Assembly (NCBI GenBank): GCA_033549025.1
Contig: JAWSUS010000014.1
Span: 1 to 64,000, forward strand
Reading direction: 5' to 3'
From: Desulfuromonadales bacterium
GTDB taxonomy: Bacteria > Desulfobacterota > Desulfuromonadia > Desulfuromonadales > SZUA-540
Length of the DNA stretch: 64,000 nucleotides
In this document: piece by piece, positions 27,440 to 36,957 of the stretch
Numbering within the stretch: position 1 is the stretch's first letter
Layout: each line of letters begins with the position of its first letter
The notes under the pieces: generated by a model
The model's input: the letters and a program-made list of their open reading frames with translations, nothing else
Told to the model about the DNA's origin: nothing
The model's database searches: none
Program-made: the position numbers and the translations under genes

Positions 27440-29428
27440 ATGGAATTTACTCGGGAGATTTACTGGAATGTCGGGCAGGGAGCGCTTGTGCTTGTGCCCA
27501 TGTATGCGTTGGCGCTGGCGGCGGTAGCCGTCATGCTGTGGGGGTTCTGGCAGCGTGTCCGGGTGTATCTTCAGGGACGACGCCCCGTGAACCGCACCGA
27601 CGTTTTGGAAGAGCGGCTGTTGGACATGGTCCAAGGGGTGCTGCTGCAGGGCAAAGTCATGCGCGTGCCGGGAGCCGGCACGGCCCACGGCCTCTTCTTT
27701 TGGGGTTTCTTCCTGCTCTTTATCGGGACCTGTCTTATCGTCGTGCAGGCCGACTTTACCGATCCCCTCTTCGGCGTACGCTTTCTGCAGGGCAATTTCT
27801 ACAAAGGTTTCTCCCTGGTCCTCGATATGGCCGGTCTGGTCGCCCTGCTCATGCTCGGCGGCCTTTTCGTGCGGCGTTACCTGCGACGGCCCGAGGGGCT
27901 GGAAACAGGGCGGGACGACGCCATCATGCACGGGCTGCTGTTTGCCATTCTGGTCAGCGGCTTTCTCATCGAAGGCGCTCGCATGGCGGTGACGGAACTC
28001 GGCACGCCGCTGGCGGCCTGGAGCCCGGTGGGGAATGTCGTGGCGGTTTCCCTGGCGGGCCTTTCCGAGGAAACGCTGCGCGGACTGCATGTTGGTCTCT
28101 GGTGGGGGCACCTGCTGCTCGGTGTTGCTTTTATCGCTCTCATCCCCTTTACCAAGTTCCGCCACATTTTCACCACCAGCGCCAATTATCTGCTGGCCGA
28201 TCGCGGTCCCCGGGGAAAGATGGTTACCCTCGATCTGGAGGACGAGGAGGCCGAGAGTTTTGGCGTGGCCCGTGTTCCGGATTTATCCTGGAAAGATGTC
28301 TTGGACGCCGATGCCTGCACCCTGTGCAAGCGCTGTCAGGATCGCTGCCCCGCCTTTGCCACCGACAAGCCCCTGTCGCCCATGAAGATCGTCAACCAGA
28401 TCGGCCAGACAGCTTTTCAATTTCCCGAGAACGGCCTCATCGAGACGGTCTCCACCGACGCCCTCTGGGCCTGTACCACCTGCCGGGCCTGTCAGGATAT
28501 CTGTCCGGCCGTCATCGAGCATGTGCCCAAAATTCTCGACATGCGCCGCCACCTGGTGCTCATGGAAGGCGCTTTCCCCGGTGAGGAGGTGATGACCGCC
28601 GCCGAGAACACCGAGGTCAACGGCAATCCCCTGGGCATGGCCTACGCAGCCCGCGCCGACTGGTCCGCCGACCTGGGCGTGAAGCCCCTGGCCGAAGACG
28701 CCGACGTGGATGTCCTCTATTTCGTCGGCTGCTACGCCTCTTTCGACAAGCGCAACATCGCCGTCGCCCGCAGTTTTATCCGGTTGTGCCAGGCGGCGGG
28801 CGTCAAGGTGGGTATCTTGGGCAAAGAGGAGAAGTGCTGCGGGGAGCCCTTGCGTAAGATCGGCAACGAGTATCTCTACCAGAGTCTCGCGGCGGAAAAC
28901 GTGGAAACAATGCGCGGCTACGGAGTGAAAAAAGTGGTCACCACCTGTCCCCACTGCTTCAACACCCTGGCCAAGGACTATCAGGATCTCGGTCTGGGGC
29001 TGGAGGTCGAGCACTACACGGTCTTCCTCGAACGCCTGCTGGAGAAAGGGCGTCTCAAACTGCGCCCCGAGGCTTTTGCCGCCACCTGTCACGACTCCTG
29101 CTACCTGGGGCGCTACAATGACATCTATCAGGCGCCGCGCACGCTGCTGGCGGCGGCCGGAGGCCGCCTGGCCGAAATGTCGCATAACCAGGCGAACAGC
29201 TTCTGCTGCGGCGCCGGGGGCGGCCGTATTCTGGCCGAAGAGAATCTGGGTTCGCGCATCAACAACCGGCGAGTGTCCATGGCCGCCGACACCGGGGCGC
29301 CGTTGCTCGTCTCCAATTGCCCCTTCTGTCTGACCATGTTCGAGGACGGCGTCAAGGGGGCGGATCTGGAGGGGTCTCTGGCGACCAAAGACCTGGCTGA
29401 GATTCTGCTGGAGCGCCTGGCCCGTTGA
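27440..29428 (+). CDS. fadF: FadF-like membrane Fe-S oxidoreductase (ETF:menaquinone oxidoreductase type)
   Basis: N-terminal TM region with His residues, CTLCKRCQDRCP, CTTCRACQDICP, two CCG domains. Directly upstream of etfBA. Confidence 0.88.
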   Translation: MEFTREIYWNVGQGALVLVPMYALALAAVAVMLWGFWQRVRVYLQGRRPVNRTDVLEERLLDMVQGVLLQGKVMRVPGAGTAHGLFFWGFFLLFIGTCLIVVQADFTDPLFGVRFLQGNFYKGFSLVLDMAGLVALLMLGGLFVRRYLRRPEGLETGRDDAIMHGLLFAILVSGFLIEGARMAVTELGTPLAAWSPVGNVVAVSLAGLSEETLRGLHVGLWWGHLLLGVAFIALIPFTKFRHIFTTSANYLLADRGPRGKMVTLDLEDEEAESFGVARVPDLSWKDVLDADACTLCKRCQDRCPAFATDKPLSPMKIVNQIGQTAFQFPENGLIETVSTDALWACTTCRACQDICPAVIEHVPKILDMRRHLVLMEGAFPGEEVMTAAENTEVNGNPLGMAYAARADWSADLGVKPLAEDADVDVLYFVGCYASFDKRNIAVARSFIRLCQAAGVKVGILGKEEKCCGEPLRKIGNEYLYQSLAAENVETMRGYGVKKVVTTCPHCFNTLAKDYQDLGLGLEVEHYTVFLERLLEKGRLKLRPEAFAATCHDSCYLGRYNDIYQAPRTLLAAAGGRLAEMSHNQANSFCCGAGGGRILAEENLGSRINNRRVSMAADTGAPLLVSNCPFCLTMFEDGVKGADLEGSLATKDLAEILLERLAR

Positions 29429-29488
29429 ATGAGGCGCCGAAAAAAGCCGCAATCACGTTGACCATCAATATGTAAGGGGAGGCAGCCT

Positions 29489-30262
29489 ATGAAAATCCTG
29501 GTGTGTGTCAAGCAGGTACCCGATATGGAATCGAAGTTTGCGGTGAACAGCGCCGGCACCTGGATTGACAGTTCCGACCTGGCCTGGCGCATGAACGAGT
29601 ACGATGAATACGCCGTGGAGCAGGCCGTTCGACTCAAGGAGCAGGTGGGGGAGGCAGACATCACGATCTTGTCCATCGGCCCGGATCGGGTGGTGGAAAC
29701 GATCAAGAAGGCTCTGGCCATGGGGGGGGACCGGGGCATCCATGTAAAGGATGAGCTCAGTCACGACAAGGACCCTTTCCAGATCGCTACCATCATCGCC
29801 GGCCTGGCACGGGAGCAAAACTTCGATGTGCTCTTCTTCGGCATGCAGTCGCAGGATCGGGGCTCGGCCCAGGTCGGCGTGCTGGTCGGCGACATGCTGA
29901 AAATGGCGGTAGTGACCACCGTTGTCGAGTTCGCCTTCGAGGACGGCCGCATCACGGTCAAGCGGGAACTGGAAGGCGGTAAGCGGGCCAAGGTGCGCCT
30001 GGGCCTGCCGGCGGCGGTGACCTGCCAGTTGGGCCTCAACACGCCGCGCTACCCGACCCTGCCCAACATCATGAAGGCCAAGAAAAAGGAGCTGACCGTC
30101 GTCGAGGTCGCCACTTTGGAGCCGGCCGAGGCTCTGGTCCGCACCCGGGCCCTGTATCCGCCGAGCAAAAAGGGCGGTGGCCTGGTGCTCGAGGGAGACA
30201 CGGCCGAACTGGCCGACAAGCTGGTGGGGATTCTCAAGGAAAAGACCACAGTTCTCAAATAG
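29489..30262 (+). CDS. etfB: Electron transfer flavoprotein beta subunit
   Basis: ILVCVKQVPD, NEYDEYAVEQA, LNTPRYPTL. Confidence 0.95.
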   Translation: MKILVCVKQVPDMESKFAVNSAGTWIDSSDLAWRMNEYDEYAVEQAVRLKEQVGEADITILSIGPDRVVETIKKALAMGGDRGIHVKDELSHDKDPFQIATIIAGLAREQNFDVLFFGMQSQDRGSAQVGVLVGDMLKMAVVTTVVEFAFEDGRITVKRELEGGKRAKVRLGLPAAVTCQLGLNTPRYPTLPNIMKAKKKELTVVEVATLEPAEALVRTRALYPPSKKGGGLVLEGDTAELADKLVGILKEKTTVLK

Positions 30263-30274
30263 GGGAGGCGCCAT

Positions 30275-31192
30275 ATGAAAGCACTGCTGATTGCTGAATA
30301 CAGAGATGGAAACCTGCTGGGCTCCACCTACGAACTGCTGGCCTTCGCCGACAAGCTGGGGGCCGAAACGGTCATGTTCCTCGCCGGCAGCGAACAGGTG
30401 CAGCCGGCCTATGACGGCACCCTCTACCTGGCGGACGTGGCGGACTGCGGCGAGTACAATCCCGAGGGGCACCGGGAACTGATCCTGTCGGTAGTGGAGA
30501 AGGAAAAACCCGACCTCGTGGTTTTTTCCCACTCTTCATACGGCTGGGATCTCGCCCCCCGCGTGGCGCTGGCCCTGCAGGCCCCCCAGATCTCCGAGGT
30601 GGTGGAGATCGGCGAAGAGGGCGACTACGTGGTGCCCGCCTGCAACGCCAAGCTGCGACGGCGCCTTGCCGGTGACGCTCCGGTGACGGTGCTGACGCTG
30701 CAGGCGGGCGCTTTCAATCCCCAGGGGGCACCGTCCGGTACGCCTCAGCTGGAGAAACTGACGGCAGCGGCCCCCGCTTCTCTGGAATTTTTAGGCTACG
30801 AGGCGGCGGAGAAGGCCGAGGTCGATCTGGCCAAGGCCGAAGTCATCGTCAGTGCTGGGCGCGGTATTGGCAAGCCGGAAAATATGGCCCTGGTCGCCGC
30901 CCTGGCCGAAGCCCTTGGCGGTGAATATGCCGCCAGCCGCCCCGTGGTGGACGCAGGCTGGGCCGATCACAGCCGGCAGGTGGGCACGACCGGGCAAACC
31001 GTGGCACCGAAGCTTTATGTGGCCTGCGGCATTTCCGGGGCGATTCAGCACTTGGCGGGGATGAAAAAGTCGGGATTCATTGTCGCCATCAATACGGACA
31101 AGGATGCGCCCATTGGCGAAGTCGCCGACGTGCTGGTCGTGGCCGACCTCAAACAGTTCGTGCCGGCGCTGACGGCGAAGCTGAAGGGGTAG
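30275..31192 (+). CDS. etfA: Electron transfer flavoprotein alpha subunit
   Basis: SRPVVDAGW, QVGTTG, ACGISGAIQHLAGM. Confidence 0.95.
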   Translation: MKALLIAEYRDGNLLGSTYELLAFADKLGAETVMFLAGSEQVQPAYDGTLYLADVADCGEYNPEGHRELILSVVEKEKPDLVVFSHSSYGWDLAPRVALALQAPQISEVVEIGEEGDYVVPACNAKLRRRLAGDAPVTVLTLQAGAFNPQGAPSGTPQLEKLTAAAPASLEFLGYEAAEKAEVDLAKAEVIVSAGRGIGKPENMALVAALAEALGGEYAASRPVVDAGWADHSRQVGTTGQTVAPKLYVACGISGAIQHLAGMKKSGFIVAINTDKDAPIGEVADVLVVADLKQFVPALTAKLKG

Positions 31193-31218
31193 ACGGAACC
31201 ATCGCCTTGACCTGATGC

Positions 31219-31261
31219 AAAAAAACGGGGACCGCACTCAGTTGCGGACCCCGTTTTTTTT
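31219..31261. terminator. Bidirectional Rho-independent terminator
   Basis: A7-CGGGGACCGCA..TGCGGACCCCG-T8 between convergent genes. Confidence 0.8.
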
Positions 31262-31284
31262 ATCAAAGAGTGACGTCGCCCCCT

Positions 31285-32724
31285 TCAGTTTTTTCCCAGG
31301 AGATTGTCGGTGATCAACTTGTCGAGTTGTTTCTTCTTGATCTTTTCCAGCAGAGTGGTGCGTTTGAGGTTGAGCAATTGCGCCGCCTCTTTCTTGTTGC
31401 CGCCCGTTTTCATCAGGGCCTGAAGAATGAGCCGGTCCTCGAATTCGCTGACCCGGGTGTTGAAATCGGCCCCTTCCTGCAGCTCGTCCGTGCCCGGGAT
31501 AGCCATTTCCGGGACAGCCTCGAAGATTTCGGGCAGGTTCTCCGTGTACTTCTCCGGCAGGTCCGCCAGCTGGATTGTTTCGCCGCCATGCAGGATGACC
31601 AGCCGCTGCACCAGGTTTTCCAGTTCGCGCACGTTGCCGGGCCAGGGGCAGGCCATCAGCGCTTGCATGGCTTCGGGCGAAAAGCCCTGCAGGGGGTGCT
31701 TTTTGCCGCGGTTGTACACCTGCATGAATTTGTTGATGAGAACAGGGATGTCTTCCCGGCGTTCGCGCAGAGGCGGAATGGTGATGGGGACGACGCTCAG
31801 CCGGTAATAGAGATCTTCGCGGAAGGTGCCCTCTTTGACCGCTTTTTCCAGGTCCCGGTGGGTGGCGGCCACTACCCGCACATCGACCTTGATCGGTTTG
31901 ACACCGCCGACCGGTTCAAATTCTTTCTCCTGCAGAATCCTCAGCAGCTTGGCCTGCAGGTTGGGTTTCATGTCGCCGATTTCATCCAGAAAAAGGGTGC
32001 CGCCGTCGGCGTACTGTACCCGGCCCTTCTTGGCCTGGTTGGCGCCGGTGAAGGCTCCCTTTTCGTAGCCGAAGAGCTCGCTTTCCAGCAGTTCGTCAGG
32101 GATGGCGGCGCAGTTCACCGGGACGAAGTTCTTGCCGTCCCGGGGACTCAAGGCGTGGATGGCCTTGGAGATGAGTTCTTTACCGGTGCCGCTTTCGCCC
32201 TGGATAAGGACGGTGCTCATGCCGTCATCGGCGATTTTCTCCACCAGGTTGAAAAGTTTCTGCATCTTGGGAGACTTGCCGATAATGCCGTGAAACCCTT
32301 CGCTTTTACGGATCTTGGCCCCTTTGCTCTCTTTGTGGGTCTGCAGGTCGTGATGCGTCAGACTGCGGGCGGCGACAATGACCGCCTCCTCCAGGTCAAA
32401 AGGACTGTTGATATAGAAGAGGGCCCCGGCATTCAGCGCTTCAAGAATGGCCTGGCGATTGTCCGCGGGCAGGCTGATAACGGCCATCATCGCCGGGTGG
32501 CGCTGGCGAATCTCCTGCATGAGCGTCAGCCCGCCCTTGTCGGGGAGAAAGATGTCGGTGATGAGCAGAGAGATGTCGAGGCCCGACACGGCCTGCAGGG
32601 CCATGGCGGGATTGTCCGCCTCGATGACCATGCATTCGATGTTTTTGCGCAATTTGACGGCGAGGGCCTGTCGCCCGGCCAGATCGGAAGAAACCAGTAG
32701 AATACTGCGCACGCAGGTCTCCAT
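31285..32724 (-). CDS. Sigma-54-dependent activator with atypical receiver domain; candidate flagellar master regulator (FleQ/FgrM-like)
   Basis: GESGTGKE, VPVNCAAIP, GAFTGA, RTTLLEK HTH. Located at the end of the che/flagellar locus. Confidence 0.9.
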   Translation of the reverse strand: METCVRSILLVSSDLAGRQALAVKLRKNIECMVIEADNPAMALQAVSGLDISLLITDIFLPDKGGLTLMQEIRQRHPAMMAVISLPADNRQAILEALNAGALFYINSPFDLEEAVIVAARSLTHHDLQTHKESKGAKIRKSEGFHGIIGKSPKMQKLFNLVEKIADDGMSTVLIQGESGTGKELISKAIHALSPRDGKNFVPVNCAAIPDELLESELFGYEKGAFTGANQAKKGRVQYADGGTLFLDEIGDMKPNLQAKLLRILQEKEFEPVGGVKPIKVDVRVVAATHRDLEKAVKEGTFREDLYYRLSVVPITIPPLRERREDIPVLINKFMQVYNRGKKHPLQGFSPEAMQALMACPWPGNVRELENLVQRLVILHGGETIQLADLPEKYTENLPEIFEAVPEMAIPGTDELQEGADFNTRVSEFEDRLILQALMKTGGNKKEAAQLLNLKRTTLLEKIKKKQLDKLITDNLLGKN

Positions 32725-32793
32725 GGGCTAGAGATGGGAGCAACCTGGCGGGTCTCGAAGACGCCAGCCGGCCATTTGATGGGATACTGCTCT

Positions 32794-34596
32794 TTAGCGG
32801 GATTGCGCCTGAGAGGTTCTCAAATGGGCCTGGGCTTTCTGGACGATCTCGCCGCCGTCGCTTGGGGTCACCAGAATATCGGTGACGCCATATTTGACGG
32901 CCTTGATCACGCTGGACCGGGTCCACTGGGGGCCGGCAGCGATCAGCGGCTGTCCTTTTTTGAGGGCGGCTCGCACCTTGATTATGGCAGCCAGGCTCTG
33001 AGAATTCACATCCCGCATAACCAGGAAAACGATGCGGGCGCCGCTGGTGGCAAACGCCTCGTTAAAGTTTTCTTGGAATGTGAAATGTTTACATTGATAC
33101 CCCGCCCCTGTCAAGTTTTTGACAAAGGGTTCTGCGTCTTTTGTCTCCTCGGCGACCACGATGGCCGCCCCGGTGCCGGAGTCATCCTGCGGTTCAGGGG
33201 TTGCGGGAACGGTGGCCTCGGCCTTGCCGGGACCAGAAGAAGAGGGTTCTTGGGCGGCGGGGGCCGCTTGGGGCGCCGCCTTGCGCTGCTCGGGAGGGAT
33301 ATAGCCCAGGATGGAGAGGGGGATCAGGATGTCAAGCTGTCCCAGGTCCTTGCTGCCCATGCGCATGGAGCAGGACGAAAGATAGTAGTCGTTGGGTGGG
33401 AAGGGAGAGAGCCCCTGGGCATCGGTCTCCTCGGGGACAAAGGTTTCTACCTCGGTTTTGACAAAACGAATTTTGCGTGGAAAAAGCTTGGGAAATATCT
33501 GGCTGTAGGTGCCGGCAATCAGGTTGCTGATTTCGCCGAAGGCGTCCTTTTCTTCTCCTTCCAGCAGAGATTTTCGCAGGTTTTTGGCGATGGTCTCCGG
33601 TGGCAGCAGGATCAGGGTTCCCCCCAGGGTGATCGCGCTCTTCAGATCGACCACCAGGTAGGCCTCGCCGCTGGCATCACCGGAAACGGCGAGGGTGGTG
33701 GAGACGGAGTAATCCCTCGGCAGGGTCAGGTAGGCCTGCTTGTTGACAACCCGGCCGCTGTAGCCCGAAAAGGTAATTTCCTGGCCGAGGAAGGCCCCGA
33801 GCTCCTCTTCGATCTGGTTGAAGCCGGCCTGCAGGGTCTTCTCAATGTCCTTGGCAGTGATGCCGGGGTCTTCTGCCGGAGGGGAGGGTTCGGAAACCTC
33901 GGCCGCAGGAACCTCTGGGGGTGCTTCGGCCGCCGCCGGCCAACCCGGTGCCGCGGCCGAAGGCTCCTCTTTTTTCTTGTCTTCCGCTTTGTCGCCGGAT
34001 TTACCCGGAGAGGCGGCCGCTTCGTTTTCCTGGTATTCCAGCAGGTCCAACGGAAAGAGGGCTTCGAGTTGACCGAGGCTTTTGCCCTTCAGCATCAGCT
34101 CGGAGGTCGACAGATAATAGCGGCCTTCCGGGAACGGCTCGTCCGAAGCCGGATCCATTTCCTCCGGGATGTAGGATTTGACCTCAGTCTTTTTGAAGTG
34201 CAGCTTGTGGGGGAAATGCTTGGCGAAGGTGTTGGAATAGGCCCCGGCGATGATGTTGGCCACTTCGCCGAAGGCGTCTGCTTCTTCTTCCTCCAGGGTG
34301 GCCTTCATGAGGCGTTTGTTGATGAGATCCTGGGGCAGCATGACCAGGGTGGAGCCCAGGGTGATCGCCGCTTTCAGGTCGAGAACAAGGTAGCTGGTGC
34401 CCTTGAGACCGCCGGAGACTTCCAGCTTGGAAACGACGAAGTAGTCCCGTGGACCGGAAAGGAAATCAGTGCGCGAAACGGGCCGGCTGCGATGTTTCTG
34501 CAGAGTGACTTCGGCGCCGAGCAGGCCGGAGATTTCCTCTTCGATGTTCTCAATACTGGCGTTAAGTACTTTTTCTACAGCTACCTTGGTCGTCAT
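32794..34596 (-). CDS. Tandem CheC/CheX-like phosphatase domains plus degenerate receiver domain
   Basis: Internal duplication with DAFGEVAN and DAFGEISN, Pro/Ala linkers, C-terminal AVKYGVTDILVTP. Confidence 0.75.
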   Translation of the reverse strand: MTTKVAVEKVLNASIENIEEEISGLLGAEVTLQKHRSRPVSRTDFLSGPRDYFVVSKLEVSGGLKGTSYLVLDLKAAITLGSTLVMLPQDLINKRLMKATLEEEEADAFGEVANIIAGAYSNTFAKHFPHKLHFKKTEVKSYIPEEMDPASDEPFPEGRYYLSTSELMLKGKSLGQLEALFPLDLLEYQENEAAASPGKSGDKAEDKKKEEPSAAAPGWPAAAEAPPEVPAAEVSEPSPPAEDPGITAKDIEKTLQAGFNQIEEELGAFLGQEITFSGYSGRVVNKQAYLTLPRDYSVSTTLAVSGDASGEAYLVVDLKSAITLGGTLILLPPETIAKNLRKSLLEGEEKDAFGEISNLIAGTYSQIFPKLFPRKIRFVKTEVETFVPEETDAQGLSPFPPNDYYLSSCSMRMGSKDLGQLDILIPLSILGYIPPEQRKAAPQAAPAAQEPSSSGPGKAEATVPATPEPQDDSGTGAAIVVAEETKDAEPFVKNLTGAGYQCKHFTFQENFNEAFATSGARIVFLVMRDVNSQSLAAIIKVRAALKKGQPLIAAGPQWTRSSVIKAVKYGVTDILVTPSDGGEIVQKAQAHLRTSQAQSR

Positions 34597-34610
34597 GCAA
34601 TCTCTGCGTG

Positions 34611-35081
34611 TCAGGACTTTTGCGGTTTGATCTTCAGTTCAACCAGGAAGGTCCCTTCGGGTACGGTAAAGGGGATGATCACCCAGTCGGCGTCGGTCAG
34701 GTTGTTGATGTTGTAGGATTTGCCGGCGACCACGGTGGGCACGGACAGCTTGATATCCTGGTTGTTGGCGCTGAACGCCTCCTTGATGCCACCGGTAACC
34801 ATATTGGCCAGCTCACCGATCGCGTCGATTACATCGTCGTTGACCTCCGTGACATCCATGCCCAGAAAATTCGCCGTTATGGCCATGGCGACGGCATCCG
34901 GACAGTGGATGGTCACCATGCCGCGGATATCCCCGGAAAAGCCGAGGATACCCGATACATGGCAGCGAAACGACTGCACCTGCTCTTTGGCCGGAGGCCC
35001 GGCAGACAGGTCCATGGGGATCATGGTTTCAAAAATCTCACGGGTTGTGCTGACGATTATTTGTTGCAGTTCTTCCTGCAA
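34611..35081 (-). CDS. cheX: Chemotaxis phosphatase CheX
   Basis: DAIGELANMVTG, LSVPTVV. TTG start after GGAGG (ORF open to 35126). Confidence 0.88.
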   Translation of the reverse strand: MQEELQQIIVSTTREIFETMIPMDLSAGPPAKEQVQSFRCHVSGILGFSGDIRGMVTIHCPDAVAMAITANFLGMDVTEVNDDVIDAIGELANMVTGGIKEAFSANNQDIKLSVPTVVAGKSYNINNLTDADWVIIPFTVPEGTFLVELKIKPQKS

Positions 35082-35187
35082 AGGTTCCTCCTGGAGACCA
35101 TCACCCGCCAGCCGGGGTGGCATCATACGTCGAATGCCACCGGAAGGCGAGGGTTAAGGTGCCGAAAAGACCGGGCTGAACGCGCGG

Positions 35188-35643
35188 TCAGCGGGCAATT
35201 TGCAGTTCGACCAGAAAATCCCCGGCGGGGATGGCAAAGGGAATGGTCACCCAGTCCGCATCCGCCAGGCAGTTCAGGGTGTATTCCTCACCGTGAATCG
35301 CCGAAGGGATGGACAGGGTAATATCTTTGCCGTTGCCGCTCAGGACCATTTTGATGTTGCCGGCCAGCATGTTGGCCAGCTCGCCGATGGCGTCCTTGAC
35401 GTCGTCGTTGATTTCGGTGGTTTCCATGCCGAGAAAACTGGTGGTGATGGCCATGGCCACCGGATCTGGTGTGTGGATGGCTATCATCCCCTTGCAGGTT
35501 CCCGCCAGTCCCACCATGGCCGAAACGGAATTCCGAAAAGAGGTCATCTTTTTGCTCAGAGGCGCCTTCGGGGTCACGTCGAGCATCACCATGGTCTCAA
35601 AGATTTCCTTGGTGGCCTCGATAATGTTCTGCTGCAGTTCCAA
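35188..35643 (-). CDS. cheX: Chemotaxis phosphatase CheX (paralog)
   Basis: DAIGELANMLAG, LSIPSAI. Confidence 0.88.
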   Translation of the reverse strand: MELQQNIIEATKEIFETMVMLDVTPKAPLSKKMTSFRNSVSAMVGLAGTCKGMIAIHTPDPVAMAITTSFLGMETTEINDDVKDAIGELANMLAGNIKMVLSGNGKDITLSIPSAIHGEEYTLNCLADADWVTIPFAIPAGDFLVELQIAR

Positions 35644-35658
35644 ACTGTCCTCCTTGCC

Positions 35659-36030
35659 TTAAAGAAGTCCGCCGAGGGTCTCTTCGATCTGCTCCGGAGT
35701 GAAGGGCTTTTTGATGCTCCCCTTGGCCCCCAGGGATTTGGCCTCACCCAGAATATCCGCGCCGGCTTCGGTGGTGATCATAACCACGGGGATATCTTTG
35801 ATGTCGGCGCGGGTGGCCTTCTGACGCAAAAATTCGATGCCGTCCATGTTTGGCATATTGATGTCGCTGAGAATCAGGTCGACTTTCTGGCCTTCGAGCA
35901 GGGCCAGGGCTTCGGCCCCATCCCCGGCTTCGACAATTTCTCCCACATCGATGCCCGCCTGCCGCAGGGAGCGAGTCACGATTTTACGCATGGTGTTGGA
36001 GTCGTCGACGATCAGTATCTTTTTACCCAT
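35659..36030 (-). CDS. cheY: CheY-like response regulator
   Basis: VDDS, SDINMP, ITTE, KKPF. Confidence 0.88.
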   Translation of the reverse strand: MGKKILIVDDSNTMRKIVTRSLRQAGIDVGEIVEAGDGAEALALLEGQKVDLILSDINMPNMDGIEFLRQKATRADIKDIPVVMITTEAGADILGEAKSLGAKGSIKKPFTPEQIEETLGGLL

Positions 36031-36074
36031 TTTTTGTCTTCTCCTTGTTGAGTGTCGGTGGATGTCCGTTTCGT

Positions 36075-36572
36075 TTATTTCGTGTCCGATCGAACCAGAT
36101 CGGTCAGGTTGTCCGTCAGGGTGCCCAGCAGGGTGACGGCAAAAGTTTTTTCACCCGCTTCAAAATGCCACTGCATCAGGGGCGCGTCGGCAATGGCGCT
36201 GTCGAAATCGCAGGATTCCGGCAGCCCCAGGCTGAACTCCTGATGGTCAACGAGAACCTCGGAGAGAAAGCGGCCGGCGGCGGTGTTGAGAATTTCAGAC
36301 AGCAGATCGTGCAGACTGCTTTCGGTCAGGGTTTCCCGCGGTTCCGCGTATACAGCTTCGCCCATCTCTTCGAGCAGATTCCTCGGCATGAAAAGTTTGA
36401 ACTCCCATTGCACCGGCTCGTGTACGAGCAGGCTGACGCAATGAAGGCCTTCCTGATCCAGCTCGGAGTCTTCGCTGGGGAGTTCTTCGACGGGCATGAA
36501 GGTCATGCCCTCCAGAACCTCGCGGATGGCGCGGGTCATGCCGGTTCTGAGTGTGGCTTGGATCGGGTCCAT
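36075..36572 (-). CDS. CheX-like protein
   Basis: DLLSEILNTAAG, FSLGLP. Confidence 0.7.
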   Translation of the reverse strand: MDPIQATLRTGMTRAIREVLEGMTFMPVEELPSEDSELDQEGLHCVSLLVHEPVQWEFKLFMPRNLLEEMGEAVYAEPRETLTESSLHDLLSEILNTAAGRFLSEVLVDHQEFSLGLPESCDFDSAIADAPLMQWHFEAGEKTFAVTLLGTLTDNLTDLVRSDTK

Positions 36573-36584
36573 GGTGTCTCCTGT

Positions 36585-36956
36585 TTATTTCAGCAAAAAG
36601 CCGAGAGTATCCATCAGCACGGTAGGGGTGACCGGTTTGTTGATGACCCGCAAAGCCCCCAGTTCCAGAAGCCGGGCCTCCTTGGCCGGATTGCCGGCGC
36701 TGGTGATGACCACCACGGGCAGAGAGGACAGCTTGGGGTTGGCCCGGATCCATTTCAGCAGGGCCTCGCCATCCATCTGGGGCATGTTCAGGTCGGTCAC
36801 CAGCAGGTCGGTGGGGGCTTCTTTCAGCTGCGCCAGGGCCTCGCGCCCGTTGGCCGCTTCGACAAAGGTCTCGTCGCGCAGGCCGATGATTTCAAGGCAG
36901 CGGCGAATGAACATCCGGGCGGTGCTGGAGTCGTCCGCTATGACAATGCGTTTCAC
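36585..36956 (-). CDS. CheY-like response regulator
   Basis: ADDS, TDLNMP, ITS, NKP. Confidence 0.88.
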   Translation of the reverse strand: MKRIVIADDSSTARMFIRRCLEIIGLRDETFVEAANGREALAQLKEAPTDLLVTDLNMPQMDGEALLKWIRANPKLSSLPVVVITSAGNPAKEARLLELGALRVINKPVTPTVLMDTLGFLLK

Positions 36957-36957
36957 T

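Noticed and set aside
16999..29452. Long antisense ORFs (e.g. 16999-18717, 18915-20801, 22660-23778, 28283-29452)
   Set aside because: Shadow frames of well-supported genes in GC-rich DNA.
31285..32724. FleQ-type c-di-GMP binding by the sigma-54 activator
   Set aside because: LFRS and ExxxR motifs of Pseudomonas FleQ are not evident.
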